Positions 25,047-37,539 of a stretch of 64,000 nt of DNA are shown in pieces (the stretch's first letter is position 1; each line of letters opens with the position of its first letter). The stretch lies in the NCBI RefSeq assembly GCF_006345805.1, contig NC_043005.1, positions 18,724,001 to 18,788,000 of the forward strand, read 5' to 3'. Below the pieces are notes generated by a model that worked only from the letters and a program-made list of their open reading frames with translations, ran no database searches and was not told the DNA's origin. The position numbers and the translations under genes were made by a program. This stretch comes from Octopus sinensis. Taxonomy: Eukaryota.

Positions 25047-25117
25047 GGCAGCCACGGGACTAGAACCCGCACTCCTCACCTACCAGTTGAGTACACTACC
25101 ATTAAGCTAAACTGACC
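25047..25117 (-). pseudogene. tRNA-like sequence (Thr-GGT-like pseudo-tRNA or orphan SINE head)
   Basis: GGTCAGTTTAGCTTAATGGTAGTGTACTCAACTGGTAGGTGAGGAGTGCGGGTTCTAGTCCCGTGGCTGCC; A and B boxes and T-arm intact, D and acceptor stems broken. Confidence 0.6.
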
Positions 25118-25909
25118 ACTAACAACAATTCAATCTGTTTCCACGGCTATACTGCGTGATATGGCTACCATTTTGTAATATTCATTTTGTTCTATTCCAT
25201 CAATTCAGTACTAATTTTCTTCAGCAATATTTCGACAAACCATGTGTTTCTAGATTTTTAAAACACTGCCAGCTTTATCAACTATATCTATAATCTGAAG
25301 TATAGTTGGACAGAGATCAATGACCTAAAGACTCATGCATACATGCATGCATACACACCTACGTATATTTGTATCTAAATTTATATATAAATGTGTCTGT
25401 GTGTCTATGTATCTTTGTGTGCGTGTGACTCAGAGATCAATCACCTATGTGTAGATATATTATACATATGCGCGTGAGCGTGTGTCTGAACGCGTGTTTG
25501 TCGATACATGCGTGATCTCTATGGTTTCTTCACGTTTATTTCCAACGTGACTATGCTTTACAGGCATTATTTGTTTATTATGTTATGCCTAAAACACTTT
25601 AATATTTTTGTTTCGTGCTAGATAATCACGTTATACGGTCACCTTTCAATACTGAACTTCCTCTTCAAATTTTTTCCCAATGTATTTCACTGATAGCATA
25701 ACCTTTCGCAGAAAACGTCCCACTTGGTAGGCAATTTACTACAATACCATCCATTATTTTGTCATACATGTTTCTTCTGGAAATACATTTCTTTAATTTT
25801 TCATTTTATTTTCTTTTACATTTGTTGAACGTTGTTGCAATTTATGTACACTTATTTTGGGCCTTTTATTTCATTTTTATTATTGTATGTTTATTTTATT
25901 CTTCCCCAG

Positions 25910-26003
25910 TTATTCCTCTACTTCTCCAGCGCCAGAATCTCGCCAGAATCTCGGTGAATGTTTCTGCACCCGAAACAATGCATTTATCACAGAACTTATA
26001 ATG
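25910..26003 (+). CDS. Candidate internal exon, unknown protein
   Basis: tttattttattcttccccag acceptor, ATG|gtaaca donor, open frame YSSTSPAPESRQNLGECFCTRNNAFITELIM. Confidence 0.15.
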
Positions 26004-26459
26004 GTAACATTATATATTAGTGCCAAATCGATTGAGGAATGGAAACATTCTAGCCTGAAACAATGGCGTATATATTGTAAGTAAGCTTTTAAAATGGATA
26101 TAGTCAAATTGATATGCAGATAGATACACAGAGATTGGTAGAGAGAGGAATAAGAGGATAGATAATGTGATTGATTGACACTTAGATAGCTAAGTGGATA
26201 GCAAGACTGACAGACATACAGGTACATAGATAGTTAGATAGGTGGATAGATAGATAGACGCATAGAAACATACATACATTCAAATATACATATATAGGTA
26301 CCAACGTACATATAATTGTTCATGCGCACATAAGAAGAGTGAGAAATGGATAGAGAGACGCAAACATTGATAGACAAAGGGACAAATAGATAACTAAAAG
26401 GTTGGTTAGCAAATTTAAAGGCGAGTATATCTGTATGTGTGTGTGTGTGTCTATAGAGA

Positions 26460-26504
26460 AGGAGGTAGAAACATAGACAGACAGACAGACAAACAGATAG
26501 ATAA

Positions 26505-26580
<76 letters not shown>

Positions 26581-26592
26581 GTAGATAGATAA

Positions 26593-26665
<73 letters not shown>

Positions 26666-26670
26666 CAGAC
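26460..26670. repeat. (TAGA)n/(CAGA)n tetranucleotide tract
   Basis: Directly visible. Confidence 0.95.
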
Positions 26671-26785
26671 ATATATGTGTGTGCGTGCGTGTATGTGTGT
26701 GTACATCTTTATCTATGCACATAAAGAGGGAAATGCAAACGCACTCATGAACACGCGCATACACAGACACACAGACACACGCACA

Positions 26786-26834
<49 letters not shown>

Positions 26835-27234
26835 TCGAATGCATAGAGGTGGAAGATAGCACAATGATTCACTTTAATATATTTCACAGCCAATTAAATG
26901 GAGCGACCGAACAACCGCATCGGGAATGTCAACTAACAGAAGCAAGCAAATGAAAAATAATGGCCTATTTACAATCGTAACTCACCCTAAATGTATAACA
27001 AAATGGAAGCTAGAAACTATGCTCACATATGGAGCTATAAGTTGCTGAATTTGTCTCCAGATAGGCACTTTTTGAACAGAGTTGCAATCAGTGGCGTTCC
27101 GGCCGACACCTTCCTGCTGTTGTATATATACAATGATGAATATTTTCCAAAGTGTCGTTCTTCTTTTTTAAAATGTTAATATTCCATTTAATGAGATTTG
27201 GCTACTGTCTCTTGTGGATAGGTTATACAAACGC

Positions 27235-27507
<273 letters not shown>

Positions 27508-27656
27508 CAAAGAGCAATAAAGATTCAAGTTAATTTAAATGAATTTACTTGAATATGGTACCTAACTTAGATGCACCAAAAAAAACTATACTGATTTAAC
27601 AATACAGTAATGTGGGGTGATTATAAGCGAGAAAGAAGCAACAAGAATGGATAGGT

Positions 27657-27747
27657 TTTTAGTACGATCGTTTCATACAAGGACAGGTTTTATTAAAAGT
27701 TGCAAAGATTACAGCATATAAACGAGTCCCGTACTCATCAGCTAAAA
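27657..27747 (-). ncRNA. Type I hammerhead ribozyme, mirror copy in the left arm
   Basis: Exact reverse complement of 27911-28001. Confidence 0.8.
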
Positions 27748-27910
27748 TACATGTGAGATCTCTAGACATCCTAGTGTTTGAGGCTATACTCATGAAGTAA
27801 TGTAGATAATTAACATAAACAGATTTCTAAAGTTCATTAATATGTTAATTATCTACATTACTTCATGAGTATAGCCTCAAACACTAGGATGTCTAGAGAT
27901 CTCACATGTA

Positions 27911-28001
27911 TTTTAGCTGATGAGTACGGGACTCGTTTATATGCTGTAATCTTTGCAACTTTTAATAAAACCTGTCCTTGTATGAAACGATCGTACTAAA
28001 A
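27911..28001 (+). ncRNA. Type I hammerhead ribozyme
   Basis: UUUUAG-CUGAUGA-GUACGGGAC...GUCCUUGUAU-GAAA-CGAUCG-UA-CUAAAA; stem I 6 bp perfect, canonical core, palindromic stem III (ACGAUCGU), GUA cleavage triplet at 27993-27995. Confidence 0.8.
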
Positions 28002-28030
28002 ACCTATCCATTCTTGTTGCTTCTTTCTCG

Positions 28031-28082
<52 letters not shown>

Positions 28083-28084
<2 letters not shown>

Positions 28085-28573
28085 ATGACTTCCCTTTGCA
28101 AATACTGACAGGACACAGATAGTGTGTCTATGGCCAGCTGGAGGAGTGTGTCCTCCTGGGGCTAAAAACTACAGTAGCATCCACCCTTAGGAGTTAGCCA
28201 TATTGAAATGGCAAACATACGTCACGATGTGTTACCGCTACTGTATATAACTCACTTTGATATTTATCATTGTTTGATTTCACTTTTTCAATATCAGCGA
28301 CAGTGGACGCTGGAAAAAGTATAAGTATTTGTGAAGGAAATCTAATTCTCGGCGACAACTATGATTGTCACACGCTGACGAGAGGTCAATACCTCGAAAC
28401 TCGAGTCCGTGTGTATCATAAGTTGAAGACGGGAAGGATGACTTCCTTTGCAAATACTGACAGGACACAGATAGTGTGTCTATGGCCAGCTGGAGGAGTG
28501 TGTCCTCCTGGGGCTAAAAGCTACAGTAGCATCCACCCTTAGGGGTTAGCCATATTGAAATGGCAAAAATACG

Positions 28574-28577
<4 letters not shown>
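28083..28577 (+). repeat. Two about 143-bp direct repeats (28083-28225 and 28436-28577) related to the interior of Helitron copy 1
   Basis: Near-identical copies; aaaagctacagta...gttagccatattga.atggc is shared with 11500-11550. Confidence 0.85.
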
Positions 28578-28609
<32 letters not shown>

Positions 28610-28616
28610 GTGTGTG

Positions 28617-28860
28617 TGGTGGCGCAATGGCCTAGTCGTTAGGGCAGCGGAATCGCGGTTTCGATTTCCAGACCGGGCGTTGTGAGTGTTTATTGAGCGA
28701 AAACGCCTACAGCTCCACGAGGCTCCGGCAGGGGAGGCTATCCCTGCTGGCCTTCTCGCTTAGCCAGCGGGGTGGCGTCATTTGAAGGCTAAAACAATGC
28801 GAAGCGCATTGTGACCCCGATGTGTAGCAACATCTGATAGCCTGGTTGGTCACGGTGATA
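28617..28860 (+). mobile_element. SINE family A2, internally deleted
   Basis: A head plus the tail ...gcattgtgaccccgatgtgtagcaacatctgatag...ggtcacggtgata. Confidence 0.9.
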
Positions 28861-28898
28861 TATATATTTATGTACACACACATACACACACATATAAT

Positions 28899-28960
<62 letters not shown>

Positions 28961-28982
28961 TATATATATAATATATATATAT

Positions 28983-29040
28983 AGGAGCACTCCGTCGGTT
29001 GCGACGACGAGAGTCCCATCTGATACAATGAACGGAACAG
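28983..29040 (-). mobile_element. 3' terminal fragment of SINE A1 (or of its partner LINE)
   Basis: Reverse complement ...ctcgtcgtcgcaaccgacggagtgctcc matches the A1 3' end. Confidence 0.75.
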
Positions 29041-29229
29041 AATTTCAGTTAGAAAACGGCTTTCTAAAAGATCGAAACTCATTAGAGTAACTGTAAACAT
29101 TATCATCAAAATAAAAATTATCCCACAAAAGCTATCTCTACTAATTTTTTCAAATATATTATACTGTACCAAAAACTTTTTTTATTATTCTACTACATAT
29201 ATATATAAGGTATTGGTATCTAGAAGATC

Positions 29230-30219
29230 CAAAGAGTGGCAGGTAACACTATGTAAGCGCTATGGACAGACAGTAGTTGAATTCTTGGTCCGATAGTGAT
29301 GCGGGTGAGGAGTTTAATGCATATATATAGTAGAGAGAATGAGATAACAAATCCGAAGCTGTGAGAAGCTTTCAGGGCATTTATAAGGAAAGAGATATAA
29401 ATTGCTTGTGAATTAGACGTAACGTATACAATAATTTCTAACCACTTGAGAGCGATTGGAAAAACAAAAATACTTGAGAAATGGGTGCAGCACGAATTGA
29501 ACGACAACCAAAAACAAAAACGTCGTTCTGGAATGTCGTCTTCCCTTCTATTACGCAACAAAAACGACCCATTTGTCGACCGGATTGTGACTTGCAATGA
29601 AAAGTGGAGTCTTTACGACAACCAGCGATGCTCAGCTCAGTGATTGGACGCCGACGAAGCTCCACAGCACTTCCCGAAGCCAAAGTTGCACCAAAAGAAG
29701 GTCATGGTGACTATTGGTGGTCTTCGGTCGGTGTCATCTATCACAGCTTTTTGGATCCAGGCGAAACAATTACGGCGAAGTACTGTCAGCAAATGGATTA
29801 AATGCATAAGAAACTCCGACAACAGCCAGCACTGGTCAATAGAAAAGGACCAATTCTTCTCCACGACAAGGCTCGGCCGCACGTCGCATAACTGACCTTG
29901 CAGAAGTTGAACGAATTGGGCTACGAAACTGCGTCATCCGCCATACTCACCAGATCTCTCGCCTACCGACTACCACTTTTTCAAGCATCTCGACAACTTC
30001 CTACGTGAGAAATGCCTCAGAAACCAATAGGATGCCAAACATGTTTTCAATGACTTCATTGCCACCAGAACGCAGTATTTTTACGCTACTTGTTTCGCGT
30101 TGGCAAAAGTGTGTTGATTCTGATGGTGTTTATTTCGATTAATAATGTTTTGTTTGAGCCGAGATATGTGCATCTCAATTTAAAGGTTAAACACCGCAAG
30201 AACTTTCTTGACAACCTAA
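29230..30219 (+). mobile_element. Decayed mariner transposon with frameshifted transposase (about 29400-30142) and right TIR
   Basis: HLRAIGKTKILEKWVQHEL, IVTCNEKW, PKPKLHQKKVM, ILLHDKARPH, HPPYSPDLSPTDYHFF, RWQKCVDSDGVYFD*; mariner WVPHEL and YSPDL motifs; several stops and frameshifts. Confidence 0.95.
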
Positions 30220-32107
30220 AGTATATGTACATATATATATATATATACACCTTTTTCTTTTATGCGTTTCAACCCAAAATCTGCGGTCATGGTGGAGCAC
30301 TGTCAGTTTCATGACCTTGTCAATGGCAATGCTGTTGTGAATGACTTTTGATGAAAGAGGGCGTTTGATATTGCTGGCTTCTATTGTGCTTCTTGCCGTG
30401 ATCTAAGTTCGTCAGTGATCTTGGATAGCAGATATTCAAGTTGTGTCTTGAAAACGTCTACCCAACTCCATGTTGTGCGACTTTGAACCTAAAACTGTTG
30501 CAATAATTTGTCATCAATCCGAACGTGAATATAAAGGAAATACATAAAATGTTGTTTGCACAAGGTGGTAAAATGTACCCTTTGAATGAAGAAGTACAAC
30601 ATGAATCCTTTGTTAGAAAATGAACCTCCTTGAATTGTAACAGCTTGTCGTTTTGACTTGTTATAATCTATGGTATTGGAGAAGCAAAATTTCAATGTGT
30701 TAACAAAAGAAAATTAGCAATCCCATAGAATTTTGAACAGTGAACAGGGTATCGTGATTTGATTGGTCGCTAAAGCAAAAGCCAATGTGTCAAACATTAA
30801 ATACTCATTGCCATGCGCCGTACATGCAAAGGTTCGGTCGTTTCCTACGCAAAACAAAACCGTGTGTTCTATTTATGTCTTCTGATTTATGATCATAGAA
30901 AACATGTAAATAATGGAAGCTGTTCTTTTAATAAAGTATTGTTGAAAATTGTTCTTAATGCTACGGTTCCATGGAGCCTTTGCCTTTCTCAAGTTTTCTG
31001 TGAAATTTAACTGGCGAAAGATAAATATTCTCACGCAGGAGACATTTGTGAATATCCAGTTACTTTCCCGCAGCAGGAATTTGATTCACCACTGAAAGTT
31101 AATGAATCAATTGTCAGTTCCGTTGTAAAGCGGCTTCTATTTACATAGGTGAGTCACATGGCATGCAAATTTTTACTTACGCTGTCTTCTTAAAAGTGTA
31201 CAGACTCAATCGTAGAAAGGTAAGTTTGTTTAATACAGACACATCTCAGTGCTGAGAGTGGATTTGAGTCGCTTGTCACCCATCTAGTTATTCTTCTCCC
31301 CAAACAACTCCTGTATGCAGATTCCGATAAAAGTGAGTAAAATATAAATGAGTAACTGTAGAGATGCAGGTTTCAATCCTCTACGGCCATTTCAAATGAA
31401 TCCTTTAATTGATTAATGGAACCATTATATCATTTTAAAGAAATCGTGTTCGTCAGATGAATTCATGAACTTCAAAACAATGGAAATTCAAAATGATTTA
31501 ACATGGTTTAAAATCCACAGAGCTAAGCCATTTATAGCCATACAGTTACTATTTTATTTGATAGAATATATTTACCAGAATTTTCTATATTTGATCAGAA
31601 CAGGGAAATTTAGAGGTTAGTAGAGAATTTAGGAGGGGGAAGGAATAATTGATTCCAGTGACCCAATTATCTATGCTTCTAAAAACATAACAAGGATGCG
31701 GCTCGATTAGACTAGGGTTTATCTATTAAGGAGTTGTTTAATGTCTACTGGTCAGTGATACGAAAATGATCCGTGGTCCCGTCAACCTATTAAATTATCA
31801 ACGCCGTTTGTGATGGAAGTAATATACAAACTTTATATCCACAAGTCGACAAGGCAGAGGACAGTAACAAGGAAGTGAGGGATAGGGAATGGAAGATAAG
31901 GAGAAAAAAGAAACAAAACTGTTACTAATTACCATACTATAAATAAATGAATAGTTTGAAGGATAATAGAATAAAGGTTATGGGGACAAAGCTCTAAACT
32001 ATGACTGGGAATCATTGCATGAGAATAAAAAAAACTTACTACAAAATTGCAAAGTTATAATATTATAGCAATTAAGAGAAATTTGAAATGAAATATATAC
32101 TTTTAGA

Positions 32108-32246
32108 TCCAGGATTTATTCTTTGTAAGCCTAGTACTTATGCTAACGGTCTCTTTTGCCGAAACACTACGTTACGGGGACATAAACACACCAACATCCG
32201 TTGTCAAGCGAAGGAGGGGGACACAAACACATACAAACATATAAAT

Positions 32247-32299
<53 letters not shown>

Positions 32300-32441
32300 G
32301 ACCGGCTACTTTCAGTTTTCGTCAACCAAATCTGCTCACAAGACTTTGATTGACCCGAGGCTACAGTAGAAGATATTGCCCAAGGTTCCACGCAGTGGGA
32401 TTGAACCCGCAACCATGTGGTTTGTAAGCAAGCTACTTACC
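32108..32441 (-). mobile_element. SINE family B, truncated at both ends
   Basis: Match to the B consensus. Confidence 0.85.
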
Positions 32442-32810
32442 GCAAAACAAGGAAGACGTATTCTTGTCTGTCTCCTGTCCAAGCTTGATTTGCGCGTTCG
32501 CCACCACATCCTCGTTTAAGCTTAGCAGCCCGTCCTGTTTGTGTTACCAATTTTGAACCTCCGCAAAATCCCAAATTTTCTTTAATTTGCCTGCGGGAGC
32601 AACTGTTTTGCCGAAAGCGTAAATTGTTGTTAAATGCTCGAAATACGAGAGTAGAAAAACAGCCAACCACTGATGAAGGGTCATTCTTTATGTTGTTTGT
32701 CCTGTTTTCCATTTGTGTCTTTCGTAGTTAGAAAAAATTGTTCATATTCCTCGTACTCGTACTTCGTATTTTTTGTTGTACACGTTTCATGACGTCCTGT
32801 GCCCACGTAT
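32442..32810 (+). mobile_element. Probable PLE 3' fragment (endonuclease C-terminus followed by pLTR)
   Basis: CLREQLFCRKRKLLLN resembles the PLE terminal RE..FI....P.LN; followed by CTGATGAAGGGTC at 32670. Confidence 0.45.
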
Positions 32811-32953
32811 GTATATATATAGAGAGAGAGACACGTATAGACGTATGTGCATAGACGTATGTACATATACCTATGTATATTTGCATATATATATATATGT
32901 AATTTATATTATAAACACACACACATACATACATACCTACATACATACATACA

Positions 32954-33031
<78 letters not shown>

Positions 33032-33035
<4 letters not shown>

Positions 33036-33990
33036 TCATTTGAGATTAATTTTAAGAAGTTGACATCATTTTCCGCCAAAACCTTGATTGCTTGAAAATC
33101 TGACCCTCATCTTTATTTTTCCGGTAAATAGCGAACTGATTTGGCAACAGAAAATCATGGAACAACAGAATCGTTCCGCTTTTGTTGTTTTGGCACGCGC
33201 CGGGCACATTGCCGATAGAATTGTTGAGTTGGCGAAACTTCCAAAAGCAACAGTTTATCGTGTGTATAAACAATTTAAAGAAGTAAAGATTGATAGAAAA
33301 GTACACAAAGCTCGAAGTGATTCGAAATACAAACCAAAGTTTCTCACTAGACTCAACCGTTCGATTGAAGCCAACTCAAGCACCTCCACGACAGCTCTTG
33401 CTACGAAATGTGATGTGTCCCTTGTACGATTTCTAGATCTTTCAACACAGAACCTTGGCATGACCAGCTATATTCGAAGATGCACTCACCTCCTAACAGG
33501 CAAGGCCAAAGCAATCAGAGCCGAGAGATACCCAAAGCTTGTGTCATTCCTCAAGCATCAAGGTGGAGGAAAACCTCTGGTGTTCGTGGACGAGAAATTC
33601 ACTGTGGACGCTGAGGTGAATCGCAGAAATTCTCGAGTGATAGCAAACAGCTCTTCTGACGGCCCCCAGTGTTTGAGACTAAGAATCCTACCTCTCTGGT
33701 GGTATTTGAAGCCGTGGCGAGAGAAGAAAGTGTCACTTCGTTGAGTTTCGCTTGACGATCCGCATAAAGGAGTATCTGTATCTCCTGAAGAGCTCTTTGT
33801 TACATTGCATGGAGCAGACGTTTTGGCTTGACAATGTGATGCTTATCCAGGATATTGTACCATGCCATGTATCAAAACCAACACAGGCCTTCCTTAGCGA
33901 GAAGGTGCCATTTTTTGTCAATGCCGACAGCTGACCCAGTAATATCCCAGATCTCGCCCTTCTCGATTATTTTTTATGGGGCGTACTATT
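33032..33990 (+). mobile_element. Decayed Tc1/mariner-superfamily transposon of DD37D (maT) type; transposase from ATG 33157
   Basis: HTH-like N-terminus, VFVDEK (first D), and QD-IVPCH...W*PSNIPDLALL-DY with 37 residues between the second and third D; frameshifted, 3'-truncated; TA|CAG left end. Confidence 0.85.
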
Positions 33991-34427
33991 TCACTATATA
34001 CTCCTTAGTTGCCTCTATTTAACCATCACAGATCATGTCCGATGAAGGGATACCCCTATTTTCCTAGAATCAGCTGTAAAATTAACTTTCTCTTTAAAAA
34101 TATCCTGAAAATGTCACACAGCCTTTGTTCTGTTGTCCATTTTATTTAACATATATATGCTTATTCAAGATCCACATTAGACTCCTCACACGTATGATAA
34201 TCGAAACGAGAGTTTAACACTTACATAGCGTTACCTGCCACCTTGGGTCTTCTGCATACCAATACCTCTCATACCCTTGCTTATATATATATATATATTT
34301 GAAATTAAATAAAAAGGGTAGAAATTGATATTAATCAATTAAAACTAGTGGCTTAGCATATTTTAAAAATTCGAAGATTAAAAATTGGGTTACATACAAA
34401 ATTAAATTCCTCTTAATTTTACACAAA

Positions 34428-34465
<38 letters not shown>

Positions 34466-34479
34466 TATATATATATATA

Positions 34480-34524
<45 letters not shown>

Positions 34525-35555
34525 TATATATTGGGTTTGTGTGCTTATGTGTATAAGTATACCTAGTTCGTGCATTTTGTGGAGTGATGTGCGTTTCGTG
34601 TATGTGTGTGTGTGCACGCGCATTTGGGCGTATGGACATGTGTATAAGTGCATATATGTATACACATAAACCGTTTAGACATAGGTATATGTGTGTATGT
34701 GCTTGTGTGCGTGTGTGTGTGTGTGTGTTGGCGCATGTGTGTGTGAGGTCTAACGTTTATGCGTATATCTTTTTACTACACGCCCACAAAATTTCCATTA
34801 TAGATTCAGCAAACAAGAAACTGATAAACCCGTGTGTACAAAAAATACTCGCCCAAGTTGCCACCAGCTTTGAACAAACCTAGAAACATATGGTTTCATT
34901 ACTAACTGTTTAAATATCTAATCATAGTGCAGACGGTCGGTGTACTTTTGTAACTCACCTGTAATTGAATTCGCTATCTGTCATCATGAATATGTCCCCA
35001 CCCCCAGACAGACAAGCCTAAGTTCACCTTATAAGTGACAGTTGTAATTAACATTACCGTTCCGACCACTATTTCTAGTCATTACAGTTATTTCAGTTTG
35101 ACGTACAGCAATTTTAGTTAGACATCTTGATATTGGTCTAAAGCAATATGTCTGTTTATAACGTAAATTTTTTATTCGCTTTTGGCGATTTCATGTAGGT
35201 GTCCAGAATGTTACCAGAGTTTATGATATGAATGTTACGATGCTTTACTAATCTTCAGGAAGCTAGTCTTTCACTAACATGATTAATTTTCTTTTTTTTT
35301 TGTTTTAAGAGTTTAGTTGAATGAGGAATAAGCGCTCGCTAACCCTTATCAGAGCATCTGTGATTGGTAGAGAGAATAGAAGAAATCACCTTCATGATAG
35401 AAGTCTAGCCTCAAAGTTTATAGAGGTATACACTTCGGTAACATAACTGTAGATCAGGCAGTCGTGTCAATCGGGGAAGTTCAAATGTAGCACGTCAAAT
35501 TGGAATTGTTTCTTCAAAGGGCTTCCACAGAAATTCTGTCATACTACACTTTAGT

Positions 35556-35773
35556 CTTTTTACTCTTTTACTTGTTTCAGTCATTTAACTGCAGCCATGC
35601 TGGAGCACCACCCTTAGTCGAGGAAATCTACCCCAGCACTTATTCTTTCTAAGCCTAGTACTTATTCTATCGGTCCCCTTTGCCGAACCGCTAGGTTACG
35701 GGTATGTAAACACACCAGCATCGGTTGTCAAGCAAAGTCGGGGGAACAACACAGACACACAAATATATACACA

Positions 35774-35821
<48 letters not shown>

Positions 35822-35972
35822 TACGACGGGATTCTTTCAGTTTCCGTCTATCAAATCCACTCACAAGGCTTTGGTCGGCCCGAGGCTATACTAAAAGACA
35901 CTTACCCAAGGTGCCACGCAGAACTATGTGGTTGGTAAGCAAGTTACTTACCACACAGCCACTCCTGCGCCT
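35556..35972 (-). mobile_element. SINE family B
   Basis: Full match. Confidence 0.9.
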
Positions 35973-36299
35973 ATATATATGAAATTTCATAACAATATTT
36001 TGATAACTGATATTGATAATCTTCGAAATATTTAGGGTTTAGAATTAATTTCAACTAATATTGAATTTTGATCACGTTTATGATATATTTAGAAATGCTA
36101 TAGTGCACCTTAAGGACGTCTTGAACAATTTGTTCAGAATACGTTACAAATAGCGCCCTAGTAGCTACTGTATGATGAGTCATCTATAATGCAATAGACT
36201 TCCACGTGAGGTAAAAAGATATAAAATAATTTTATGTTAGTATCTTATCTTAAGTCGTGAAAATTTCTTGAATGGTGTGGCAGCAAATGATGACCAGTA

Positions 36300-36690
36300 A
36301 TTAAGGCACAAACCAGCAATTCTGAAGGTAAGGTGCTGGGCGATTACATTGTCTTCATCACGTCAATAGTATTTTATTATATCGTCCTCAAAAGGATGGA
36401 AGTAAAGATGTCTTCGGTGAGATTTGAACTCAGGACATTAATTTCGTAACAAATATCACCAAATATTTTCCGACGCTCTAATAATTCTGTTATTCCGCAA
36501 GCGTTTCTACTTTTGACTATTTTTGAAAAGAGGCTTTATTTGATTATATCAGCCCTAAGATACAATTGGTAATTCCTTTTATCTATTTGGAAAGGTTGAA
36601 TGGCAAAGTTGATCTTGGTGGTGTTTGAGCTCAGAACGTAAAAATCCGGAAGATATGCTACTAAATATTTGGTCCGAAGGGCAAAAGCTT
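36300..36690 (-). mobile_element. Two degenerate SINE family C copies
   Basis: aaaggatggaagtaaagatgtcttcggtgagatttgaactcagga and gaatggcaaagttgatcttggtggtgtttgagctcagaacgta. Confidence 0.6.
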
Positions 36691-36736
36691 CTACCAGCTC
36701 AGTGATTTGATGTGGGAATGATAACAATTAACAATG

Positions 36737-36754
36737 ATAATAATAATAATAATG

Positions 36755-36788
<34 letters not shown>

Positions 36789-36916
36789 TAATGATGATGA
36801 TGATGATGAAGAAGAAGAAGAAGAAGAAGAAGAAGAAGAAGAAGAAGAAGAAGAAGAAGAAGAAGAAGAAGAAGAAGAAGAAGAAGAAGAAGAAGAAGAA
36901 GAAGAAGAAGAAGAAA
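36737..36916. repeat. Compound (AAT)n-(GAT)n-(GAA)n trinucleotide tract
   Basis: Directly visible. Confidence 0.95.
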
Positions 36917-37539
36917 AAGAAGTGTCTTGCAATTGTAATAGACGGAGCTTCAAATATCTGCATCCATAATAATTCTCTTTTGCACATTAATGAAATTAGA
37001 TAATCCAAACTTGGTTCTCATAAAATGAATTAACCATTCTCTTCTATTTATAATAGTCACATGTTGCAGAAGAATTACCTTTTAACATTCACAATCTGTA
37101 CAGAAATAAATAAATAAATATAACTGGTTCCCCAGTTCAGTGCTGAAAAATTAATCTTACATAGAAATGATATCTCATTATCATAGAATGGTGAGAAATC
37201 ATTAACACTTTCAATGAATCCTCTTTCAACGAATTGTTAACGAGAAGCAACTGTGGAAATAGAAATAGATGCATTAAAATTACATTTTCATTTGGCTGTC
37301 TTCGTTACAAGTTTTTGAAAGAGAATTATCTGTAATATCCCCAGTTATAACTAATGAACTTTATTTAATATATATAATAAGTTTTGGTGAGTGAATTTGA
37401 AAAATATCTAATGACTTCGAAAAAGAAATGGCGGATCACTGTAGTATTTTAGATCGACTGTGTAAAGTTGCACTATCTTTGCTTACAAGAGTTTGGTATC
37501 TCCAATGTGTGGATCTCTCAACATTGAATCGCAGTATTT

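Larger units (their letters stand above)
27622..28036. repeat. Perfect inverted repeat: 196-bp arms (27622-27817 and 27841-28036) with a 23-bp spacer; inverted pLTR arrangement of a Penelope-like element
   Basis: Arms are exact reverse complements as read by eye; the unit lies between two (TA)n tracts. Confidence 0.95.

Noticed and set aside
30300-30490. Minus-strand terminal exon or LINE C-terminus (VQSRTTWSWVDVFK...)
   Set aside because: Short, no second motif; cannot be distinguished from chance.
36691-37008. Poly-E, poly-K, poly-F and poly-S ORFs
   Set aside because: The (GAA)n tract is open in several frames; there are no splice or protein context cues.
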